Below the pieces are notes generated by a model that saw only the letters and a program-made list of their open reading frames with translations, was not told the origin of the DNA and made no database searches. Of a DNA stretch of 24,530 nucleotides, positions 10,405 through 19,650 are shown one piece after another. How positions within the stretch are numbered: the stretch's first letter is position 1; every line of letters starts with the position of its first letter. The stretch is from Tubulanus polymorphus (lineage: Eukaryota; Animalia; Nemertea). The stretch covers positions 6,652,574-6,677,103 of the forward strand of contig NC_134036.1 of the NCBI RefSeq assembly GCF_964204645.1. Direction: 5' to 3'. The translations under genes were made by a program, and so were the position numbers.

Positions 10405-11260
10405 ATGTGTGCACCGAAAAAGCGTCAAAAACTTAACTTACAGGAACGAAGAGGAAAATACCCCAATCTAAAATTGGATTTTAGTGGTACGTTAAATTTT
10501 TGATTTAATTTAATTTTCAATATCTTTGTACTTTTAACTTGGGGGGGGGGGGGATATCATGTAGCGGGGTCACTTTTCATGACAGTCGTTGTTAATAATA
10601 ATTATTTCGTTTTCTTTTTCAGGCTTCCACGATGAAAATGCTACGGACAATGTTTTAACACCGCAGTCATTACGGCAAGTCTCCAATACAGAATGTATAA
10701 CCTACAAGACGAATTTCAACCAGGATCCTCACTATATAGGAATGAGGGTATATGCGTCTGTAAAATTGTGGCAGGGGAAGAAACGAATCGACATACGATT
10801 GCATGATTGTAATCGTAAAATGAAACTATTCCCTACAAAGTGTGGAATTTCGTTGTATTTGGAGGAATGGATAAATCTAAACCGTCGAAAAGCAGCCATC
10901 GAGGATGATATCTTATCCGTAAAAAACAATCATTTACACAAAGGCGTGTTCAGCTTAGGTCGAAATAACTATTTAAAAATATACCGTTCACTACATTCAG
11001 GGCATATTTGCGTTGACATTAGAAAATATACTAGAGACGTTGTCGTCGGTGAAACAAAAGCCACCAGTACCGGTATAACGTTGTCTCTCGCGCAGTGGCA
11101 AAATTTAGAAGCTATCAATTTCGAGCACGATGCACCGGAACTAGAAGAAATGTCAATCTGTTTTCACGAAAATCAGGAGGATCGATGTTTATTTTGTCCA
11201 GATGATGACACGTCAGATATACTGCAATGCCCTGAGTACTTCGATATTTCATTTAAGTAA
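10405..11260 (+). CDS. Tandem PC4/Sub1-domain ssDNA-binding / transcription coactivator-like protein, two exons (10405-10486, 10623-11260)
   Basis: Two PC4 signatures: YASVKLWQGKKRIDIR..PTKCGISLYLEEWINL and FSLGRNNYLKI..VDIRKY..ATSTGITLSLAQWQNL. A phase-1 intron GTACGT..TTTTCAG (10487-10622) joins MCAPKKRQKL.. (NLS-like) in frame. AATAAA follows at ~11292. Confidence 0.85.
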
Positions 11261-11752
11261 AAAACACAATCATATATGTATAAGCGTAAAAATAAAAGTA
11301 TAATTTATTGATCTCTTTATGAATACGTAATAAAAAGTATAAAAATAATATAGAATAAACATCTTTTTTCATCATTCTTCTGGTATATATATGGATCGTG
11401 ACATATGATATATATTGAAATAAGAATATAAAACGGAATATCTGGATTTTACAACACTCATCGGAAATTTGAGGATTAGAGCATAGTTGCCGATTTAACA
11501 AATATACAACCAAAAGAAAAAACAGTTATCATTCTTACTACGGTAATACATCTAATGTACGTCGTAAATGATATAAAACAAAATTGATACAAACAATACG
11601 GGTAAAATATGTTGTTTACTTCAAATCGTTGGACAACGATAAATGTAAAAACATTTGTTCTTTATGCGTAAATGATATAAAACGAAATCGATACAAACCA
11701 TATGGGTAAAATATACAAAAAACAGTTTTCGTTCATAATTTCTCATTTTTTC

Positions 11753-14700
11753 TCAAAAACCAAATGGAACGGTAATGTGCGGAGTACCCGGAACAAACGC
11801 ACGTTTCGTATATACAGCACGATAAATCTTTCGTTCATCTCTATTTACAATGTCGCACGTTTTTATTAGCCTAGTAATTTTGTTCGGGTTATTAACGTAC
11901 AAATGATCAAATTTCCCGACGACGACCATTTCTAACATAGAATTAAAGTTTATTATTTTATTATTTCTATGGCTAAGCGATATCCCCTTAACTTTACATA
12001 CCGTGGAATACTTTTTATCCCGCGGCGAGTACACATTAAACGCGTAATTTTTTGGCCCTCCCGATACAAACTCTGTGATATAGGCCCCCTCCCCATAATC
12101 CCCCGATAACTCGTCGGTCATATCCCCTAAAAATAATCCAGTAGAGGGGCACCAATCCCCCGGTTTGTGAACGTATATTATGGAATCCGTATCTGAGTAT
12201 AGGGTTCGATCCCCTAATTTTTCCATATAGCTATATAATATCAACCGCGCATGCGCCGTTGTGAATGCGGCTACAGTAACGTTTTTTCTCAAACTCATTT
12301 CGACAGCGTCGTCGACCTTTTTATAGTGTACGCGTACAATCCCGTCGTTGCACAATAACACATCGCTGATCTCTAACGACGAGTCGTTTATCATGGCGAA
12401 CAAATCACCCGGGTCGGAAATATATTTCGATGTAGTTTTATTTTGTTTCTGCCCGAGTTTCCCCCACATTGAATTTAGACATAACTTCGCGACAGTTCGA
12501 AGGCCACTAATCTTTTTGATTTTCTCTTTTTCCAAATGAACCCCCTCCCGAAATTTGTAATCATCTATGCATTTATCTCTTTCAGCCTCTGACATATTAT
12601 CGCGCGGCCACCCACTGGCTTCGGTTTTCACTTTAAGAAATTGATTAATGTAATCTTTGAACAGGCCCGTTGCATGTGAGTTCCAATGCCAAACCTCATG
12701 AATTTGAATGATTTTATAACCCAAACTTATGGCTTTCTCCACCTCTAGCGTAACCCACTCCCCCAAAAGAACGCGCTCCGTTTCGTTATGCGTGCATACG
12801 TCGTGTTGGTTACACGTGTTGGCGCATGTTGCGCAAAGTGGGAACGTCAATTTACCACCGGACCTGTATGGTAATACGGGCAGAAATAAACCCCGGGGTG
12901 GTAAAATTGAGCATTTGATTAGACCGTAATATTCAGATATATCGCCCCTGAAATTTTCAGTGATAACATCTGGGTGCCCAATCGGGTAGCTACATCGACT
13001 ATTCACGTACGGGTATAAAGAGCAAATGTCGATGTAGCGGATTTTTTCATCGTCGACGATTTTATGATGAAGCTTTATGGCGTTAGTTCGACCCCCGTAG
13101 AAACATTTTCTAGGTTCGAGGGGGTCGAAAACAGTTACACGTTCCACAAAAGACTTAAAATTTACGTCGTCACGAATCTTACGGTTGTAATCGTGTTCCC
13201 ACATTTGCACAACAGTATAACCCATTGTTTCCAACTCGTGCTTACGACGTAACGTAGCCTGATACACGTCGTCAAACGTACGACCACCTCTGTTACAAGC
13301 TACCGGGTCACCTCTAACCGGGAAGCATTTGGGGCAACCGTGAAAGTAACACCCGTTAAACTCGTAGACGGTGCGTGTTTTTTCGTGGAAGCCGTCTACC
13401 TTAAATTTACCGAGTGTTACTTCACCCCCGTTCAAAACGTGTTTGATATCCAAATTTTTTTCCACCGCCAACCATTTCAACCACCGAACAGCCATTTTTG
13501 AATACTTTGCGTTTGGTTTATATCCACCCGGTGGTATGAGACCAATCGTGTCGGGTTTTAAAAAACGCGATCTGAGTGCGAGATTGCACGCTGCGGCGAT
13601 CGTGATGCAACCGTCGAATGGGTCGACACTCGTAATACTATAGAATAGCTCTTGGAATTTGACTACGGATTGCATCAGAATATCGACATCCGAGCGGCAA
13701 TACTCGACTAGCTCGGTTTGCATATCGAAATGTTTTTCAAGCTGTTCGGCGTGCCATTTGAGAAATTGCTGTCGATCGTTCTCGTTCATTCCGTCGGGGT
13801 TATAATATTTTGATTCGGGTACCGGACCGGAATAATTCAAAGTTTCCTCCCGGCAGAAGAGATAGGGAAAATACCCCTTTTTTAATTCAATTAACCCCAA
13901 CGTCGATGGTAATTTTGCCAATTTCATGGGTTAAAAGTTTAATGTATCTAAAAATTGCATATTCAAATGCTTCACGTACATGGACATGATTTTACCGCCA
14001 TTAGGGATAACTTCGGGTAAAATGCCCTGATTCACTAGAAACCTTAACACAAAGTAACCGTCGAATGACATGAAATTGTGGGCAAACACCAGCGACCCTC
14101 GGTTCTTTTCTGAAAATAACCATTCGCAGAACGAGGTATCGCTGGTAAATATGTGCTCGTTTTTCCCACAATCGCTACATGTCGAATCGGCGGTTCTTTT
14201 GGTCAAAGCACAAGTACCGCACGTACGGTGCGCAATCGCCAAAATAACTCTGTGCGTACCATCCACCGTCATCGTCTCGAAGTCAAACGATATTAATTTT
14301 TTTTCCAAGACGAATTCGGTGGATTTTTCGGCGACCTTTTCATCGTCGTCGTCGTCGTTAGACTTTTTTGTGACCAGTTGCATGTAACAGAGGTGATCGA
14401 GGGGCATATCTTTACCGCACGATTTGCAAAAGTTCAACCCGCAATTATGATCGTCTAATCTATTTCGTGCTACAATTTTTTTACAACTGAGACAACGTGC
14501 TTTTCGATCGCACATTACCGAACCGAATTTATTTTTGCGAGTCGTGTGCTGAAGGAAACACGACTCGTTTTTGAAATATATGCGGCACCTAGCGCAATAG
14601 AATACACCGGGTTGCTTAACGCAATCTATACCTAAACATAAAGAACAAATGTTTTTACATTTGTCGTTTTCCAACGATTTGAATCCTCTTCTACATTTAA

Positions 14701-15520
14701 AACAGTAGTACGATTTACACGTGAATGCTGTCATCGATTTGATAACGTCGAAGTGGTTATCGGAATATAAAAGAATAATATGTCGTTCACAATCGGGTTT
14801 CCCGTTTTCATAAAGATATCTGTAACTGACGTTATCACCGGTGACAACAATCACGTGGTATTGTTTCAAAACGGTTTTGCAAAATTTATCTAGCTCACCT
14901 AAACCACAAAGACCGACTGGAACGTTGGCCTCATGGTGTAATTGTATAGCAGCTGTTTGTTGAGCGCACTTTTCTGGATGTCTCAATTGGTCGTATGCGG
15001 GGTTATTGTCGGCTAGCGCTTTACCTACTACGAGTGCCCTCGCCAGACATATCTCGTCGTCGGGGTTGATAATGCGTACAATCGATCGTTTCGTTTTCGT
15101 GAAATTTTCTAGATTCACGCTAACGCGTTTCTTATAACCACCGCCTTCGGGTAGTCTAATAAAAATGCAATGGAAAATTATTCCATTCACATCCAACGAT
15201 TCATGCGATTGCAACACCTTTCCGATCGTATCTACTATGAACTCTAAAGAGAGTTCCCTGACATTCATCAGCGGAAAGTTGATATTGCCGTTTAAATCGG
15301 GATGTTCGATTGACAACCTCATGTGATCGCGATCAGTGGCACCCATCATCTCGAAGATTCCCTCCATGATTGTATTTATTGAATTACGAATGAGTGTACT
15401 AATCTCAGGCGGTTGGTCATCCTGAGTATCGTTCGATGGTTCGTCGTCATCGGGCATGTTGAGGGTTGCTTTAAACACATCGGTTTTCATCGAAAACTTT
15501 TTACTCTCTTGTCGATGCAT
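11753..15520 (-). pseudogene. polB: Protein-primed family B DNA polymerase of Polinton type, split by one in-frame TAA at 13931-13933
   Basis: ORFs 13931..15520 and 11753..13927 are in the same frame (FLDTLNF*PMKL). ExoI FDFET, ExoII HNFMSFD, KGYFPY, ExoIII YCRSDV, pol motifs DICSLYP, KLCLNSMWGK and YSDTDS. OTU-like CLARAL...HFDVI segment, Cys-rich region and a Vsr-like insert VDG..VYEFNGCYFHGC. Confidence 0.96.
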
Positions 15521-15601
15521 CTGGAAAGACCATGAATTACAACGTTTTAAAACATTGAAGATATTTCACATTAACTTATATTTTATAATTATATAGCTTC
15601 T

Positions 15602-16072
15602 TTATAAAAGTAAAGCGATACATACTCTTCGTAACGTAACACCGTCTTTTATTATTTCGTCGTATGCGTCTGTTCGTTTCCTTTTCTGTTTCGGTTCTTC
15701 TTCGCTGGTACTGGGTTTTTGAATGCAAACTTCGGAGTGTTTTTTCAACCCTGTTACGCTCCCAAACACTTTGGTACACCACGTGCATCGGAATTCGGAA
15801 GATTTTGTATTCGTCATTGAAGTACTACTACTCGCTGCGGGTGATGACACGTGCGGTAACGGATCTGTTGTTGTTGTTGTTGTTGTTGTTTGGGGTGATG
15901 ATAGTCGGTGTTGTCTCGACTTCATATGTCGAACCAGGGCATCCTTCCTACCGAATGCCTTCCCGCACAACGAGCACTTAAACCCTTTCTTGCCGATATG
16001 CGTCATTTCGTGGCGTTCGAGTACGTGTTTGTATTCGAACGTTTTTCCACAAATTTTACAATCATGCACCAT
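15602..16072 (-). CDS. C2H2 zinc-finger protein (two C2H2 plus one C2HC), probably exon 1 of the PolB gene
   Basis: [41 protein letters not shown] and [16 protein letters not shown]. Donor AGA|GTATGT at 15625 and acceptor TTTCCAG|ATG at 15521, phase 0. Confidence 0.85.
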   Translation of the reverse strand: MVHDCKICGKTFEYKHVLERHEMTHIGKKGFKCSLCGKAFGRKDALVRHMKSRQHRLSSPQTTTTTTTTDPLPHVSSPAASSSTSMTNTKSSEFRCTWCTKVFGSVTGLKKHSEVCIQKPSTSEEEPKQKRKRTDAYDEIIKDGVTLRRVCIALLL

Positions 16073-16206
16073 TTTTTCTTTTTGTTTTCTGAAAAATATA
16101 ACAAACCCCCGGAAAATTAGTTATACATTTTATCAATCATTAAAAGAGATATACTTAAACATATACTCGATATACCCGAAAAAAGCGTGTAATATAGTTT
16201 TTTAAA

Positions 16207-16854
16207 ATGACTGAATATACCGGCCCTCGAAATTTGATTCACCCGATGACCGCCTTATTTAGTGGTCCCACCGGATGTGGAAAAACATGACTCGTGAAAA
16301 ACATCATCAAAGAAAAAGTTATAAACGAACCGCCAGAGAAAATTTACTGGTTTTACGGGGAAGCGCAGTCGAAGTTATTCGCGGACCTACAGGATGAAGG
16401 GGTGACGTTTATTCAAGGATTTTCATCAGAGATTTACGAAAATATAGATGGTAGTCAACGTACTTTGATAATTATCGATGATTTGATGGATGAAATTGCG
16501 TCAGACAAAAATCTAGCGGTCATTTATACAAAGGGGTCACACCATAAAAACATATCGGTGATCACTATAGTTCAAAATTTATTTCCCAAAGGGCGACAAT
16601 TCAGAAACATTAGTCTTAATTGTCACTATATAATAGCGTTCAAGTCGGCGAGGGACAGAAATCAAATAAAAACTCTAGCGCAACAAGCCGGTCTGAGGAA
16701 GGAAGTCGAATACGCGTTCAAAGATGCTACTAAAAATCCTCACGGATATTTGTTATTGGACTTCAAACCTCACACGGAAGATAGATGGCGTATAAGGACC
16801 CGCATTCTACCTAGCGATAAATACCACGTTGTATATAAACCGAGAAAAACTTAA
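16207..16854 (+). pseudogene. A32/FtsK-like DNA packaging ATPase with a nonsense codon directly after Walker A
   Basis: ATG 16207 gives MTEYTGPRNLIHPMTALFSGPTGCGKT*LVKNII (TGA at 16288-16290). Walker B LIIIDDLM, then KGSHHKNISVITIVQNLF, RNISLNCHYI and PHGYLLLD, typical of Polinton ATPases. Confidence 0.93.
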
Positions 16855-16896
16855 GCATTAAAAGTAACTGTCCGAGATTTCGATAATGTTGTGAAT

Positions 16897-17334
16897 ATGA
16901 TTAAAAGGATGGCCAAGTCGCGAAGTGTACTACCCGCGAAACGTCGCAAACCCGATAAGCATAGTAATATTAAAAAGTATACGCCCCATCTACACGTATT
17001 GGCAACATCTGATCGGAAACTAAGAAAAGGAGTTGTTGACAATGCGCCTTTAGGATTCATTAAATGTTTGTCGGAAATGTGTATGAATTCGCTCGTCGGA
17101 AATATACCGCACAGTGCAAAAGAGAAACGCGTTTTGAAACAGCATAAACGATACATACGTATGCTAGCAAACAAATCTCTTGCAGGGAAACACAAACGGA
17201 AAATTATTTCGCAAAAAGGTGGCTCTTTGCCATTCTTATTACCGGCTTTATTACCCGCTCTCGGTGGTCTAGCGGCTAGTGCAGCAGGAGCTGCTATAGG
17301 AGCAACGATCGAAAACAAAATTAGAAATGGCTAA
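16897..17334 (+). CDS. Basic core-protein precursor with adenovirus pX-like hydrophobic C-terminus
   Basis: Lys/Arg-rich; CLSEMCMNSLVGNIP motif; QKGG followed by SLPFLLPALLPALGGL, resembling adenovirus pX (GG-FLPALIP) and an adenain-type cleavage site. Confidence 0.75.
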   Translation: MIKRMAKSRSVLPAKRRKPDKHSNIKKYTPHLHVLATSDRKLRKGVVDNAPLGFIKCLSEMCMNSLVGNIPHSAKEKRVLKQHKRYIRMLANKSLAGKHKRKIISQKGGSLPFLLPALLPALGGLAASAAGAAIGATIENKIRNG

Positions 17335-18022
17335 CCCTGTTGAGAAACTCATTATCGTACCCGAATCAATGTTGACCTTATTACAAGAATATCTAGAAGA
17401 ACGACAACTCGACGACAAAACTGTTTTGTCGAATGAAAAGAATTATTTCGTTTACAATCAACGTTTACATCAAATCTTGAAAGATAGGGATTCACCTACG
17501 CAGATACCCGACGTACCAGAGAAAATACAGAATGAACCCGAAGCGGAAAGAGAAGAAAAACATCAACATGAAACGCCATTCGAAATTGATAACATTCTCA
17601 AACTTTTACCACAAAGATATCATGAAAAATCGGGACAGATTTTACGTATGTTTAAGAATAATTCTCACTTGATAGACTGGAACGAACGTATGGAAATAAA
17701 CTTCAAGGGAATTTTAGTGCCGAATAGTAATTTGATTGATTTGTTATATACGTCAATGGTTCAGTCGAGCAATTTTAACGCACCGGGTATGGATGAATTT
17801 GTCAAAACGTTCCAAATACTAAATATACCCGTAACGCTCGTAAATAATGGTAAATTACGCGATATGATAAAAATGACTTCTCTTACCATTGATGCGAAGC
17901 CTAAGCGTAAAAGAGCCTTAGTTCTCGGTGTAGATGACGAGTCCGATGTCAATCAGCGCGGTTCTGGACGACAAGTTGTGAAACGAAATAAAGTCAAATG
18001 TAATAAATGGATCTTCTTTTAA
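17327..18022 (+). CDS. Conserved Polinton/adintovirus-type protein of unknown function
   Basis: Open 231-aa ORF overlapping the previous stop. LP..Y..K...IL....IDWNERMEI..G..VPNSNLIDLL..PG...F pattern recalled from Polinton ORFs; QRGSG motif near the C-terminus; AATAAA at ~18035. Confidence 0.7.
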   Translation: MANPVEKLIIVPESMLTLLQEYLEERQLDDKTVLSNEKNYFVYNQRLHQILKDRDSPTQIPDVPEKIQNEPEAEREEKHQHETPFEIDNILKLLPQRYHEKSGQILRMFKNNSHLIDWNERMEINFKGILVPNSNLIDLLYTSMVQSSNFNAPGMDEFVKTFQILNIPVTLVNNGKLRDMIKMTSLTIDAKPKRKRALVLGVDDESDVNQRGSGRQVVKRNKVKCNKWIFF

Positions 18023-18133
18023 TACGAATCTAACAATAAATACTATTATCATTATTATTATGTAATGACAACATATGTCGCTCTCTTCTTTTGTCTACAC
18101 GGAGTACCCGTTTATACACGAATCGTCATTAAA

Positions 18134-18681
18134 ATGGAGATAGTCAACGTGGTCGGAACGGCTTGCTTAAACTGTGAAATTGATCTAACTAGTAATACAG
18201 CAAGTAACATTATTTACAACAAACGTAATTTCAGTGGAGCGATATGGAAACATCGGAAAGTCGATGGAACTTGTTTATTATTTAGAAATGGTAAAATGGT
18301 AATAACGGGTTCGAAAAGTATATCTCGGAACAAACAAGCAGCGAGACAATTTGGTCGAAAAGTGCAAAAGTTGGGATATAAAGTTACATTTTCCGATTTC
18401 AAAGTACAAACTATTTCGGCTGTGAAGAAAACTGAAAACGAATTTCTCTGAAAACTCTTGACAATTTGCTGGGTAGCAGCTCGAGTTATGAACCAGAAAT
18501 ATTTCCCGGACTCGTTTATACAGCGGAAAATGGAATAAAATGTATCGTACATAACGGTGGAACAATCATCTTAACAGGAGCTAGAAATGAACGAGTTATA
18601 GAAGATGTGTACTCTAACATTCTTTTAAATATCCTTCTCTGTCACGACTCTTTTAAAAAAAACTTTATAAAGTCGTATTAA
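18134..18681 (+). pseudogene. TATA-binding protein (TBP) homolog with both core repeats and a single frameshift at ~18444
   Basis: Repeat 1: IVNVVGTACLNCEIDL..YNKRNFSGAIW..TCLLFRNGKMVITGSKS..AARQFGRKVQKLGY..FSDFKVQTI. One extra base restores ENEFSLKTLDNLLG into repeat 2: SSYEPEIFPGLVY..CIVHNGGTIILTGAR. Confidence 0.92.
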
Positions 18682-18686
18682 TATTG

Positions 18687-18980
18687 ATGATGCTGATGAT
18701 TATGGAGAAGATTGTGAGATTTATGTTATACGGATTATTCGAAATGACACACATATACGTGATATCTATACCTAGAAATTATCTAAACGACATCAATCGT
18801 ATGGTGACAACTTTCGTCGAAAAACGTAGTGACGTGAATAGCTTAAAAACGATTCTAAAGGAACTCGATATGTCCGGTAATCTATTTCGTAAAATTGTTG
18901 GCGCGATATTTTGTATAAAATTAACTAAAACATTACCCACTCAGAAGTATGTTATAAAGAAACTTTATATGATTTTTTGA
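18687..18980 (+). CDS. Hypothetical protein (~97 aa)
   Basis: Starts 5 bp after the TBP stop on the same strand and is followed immediately by AATAAA. No recognised motif. Confidence 0.45.
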   Translation: MMLMIMEKIVRFMLYGLFEMTHIYVISIPRNYLNDINRMVTTFVEKRSDVNSLKTILKELDMSGNLFRKIVGAIFCIKLTKTLPTQKYVIKKLYMIF

Positions 18981-19231
18981 AATAAAATATGTTCAAACCT
19001 AATTTTGCGTAATTAAATTTTCTATCAAACCCAAGTTTACTCAATCGGGAATTTTGTCGAACCTTTTGGTATTTTCCCTTTTTAATTTGTAAAACCGGAA
19101 ATTAATGGCATATAAATATGTTCAAACAGGAAATAGAGTTTCATTTCTTTATTACGAACCTGGTTTGGTATAAGATCCTTTAAAAGGCTACATACCGCGT
19201 GTAAACATCTCTATTATAATTATTTGCAAAC

Positions 19232-19501
19232 ATGTGTAGTAAGGTATTGAAATTGTGCTGCTGTTTAGCCGATAAAAATTTAGAGTCGAACTGCAAGTTT
19301 AGTAAAATAAATTGTATTTCCTCTTGTTGTCGAGGTAATACAATCGTAATTGATAATAATGACAAAGTTGACGGAAATGCAGAACAAGTGGTTGAAAAAA
19401 GTATATTTCACACCAAAACATCCCGGTTCTTTTGGAAGCGTTCAAACTCTAACCAGACTAGCAAAAGTAAACGGTCAGAAGATTTCTCGAAGACAAATTA
19501 A
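19232..19501 (+). CDS. Small Cys-rich protein overlapping the integrase 5' end in another frame
   Basis: MCSKVLKLCCCL..CISSCC; AAACATG start context; TATAAATA box at ~19111. Confidence 0.4.
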   Translation: MCSKVLKLCCCLADKNLESNCKFSKINCISSCCRGNTIVIDNNDKVDGNAEQVVEKSIFHTKTSRFFWKRSNSNQTSKSKRSEDFSKTN

Positions 19502-19650
19502 AGATTGGTTGTTAAGCCAGGAAGTATACACCCTACATGCACCGGCCCGGAAACGATTTCCGAGAAACAAAACCGTCGCGTACAGACTTAACTCACAATT
19601 TCAAGCCGATTTGTGTGACGTTTCCAACATATCGAAACATAACGATAATC
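19359..19650 (+). pseudogene. int: Polinton-type retroviral-like (rve) integrase, N-terminal ~97 aa only
   Basis: LKKVYFTPKHPGSFGSV..L..IKDWLLSQEVYTLHAPARKRFPRN..QFQADLCDV..SKHND. Similarity stops at 19650, before the expected Y/F-I-L-T-x-I-D strand. Confidence 0.9.

Larger units (their letters stand above)
8500..19650. mobile_element. Polinton/Maverick (adintovirus-like) endogenous viral element, inactivated; left boundary uncertain, right part interrupted
   Basis: Co-occurrence of protein-primed PolB, A32/FtsK-like packaging ATPase, pX-like precursor and Polinton-type rve integrase N-terminus. Capsid and protease genes are not seen in the window. Confidence 0.92.

Noticed and set aside
11564-11714. 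Imperfect ~47-bp direct repeat between the converging PC4 and PolB 3' ends
   Set aside because: Real, but an AT-rich local duplication with no evidence of function.
12348-14387. Plus-strand ORFs antisense to PolB (likewise those antisense to the transposase)
   Set aside because: Shadow ORFs without recognisable motifs.
13931-16290. Alternative genetic code or programmed readthrough explaining the internal stops
   Set aside because: Two different stop codons are involved, both also end neighbouring genes, and frameshifts and an insertion co-occur. Decay is simpler.
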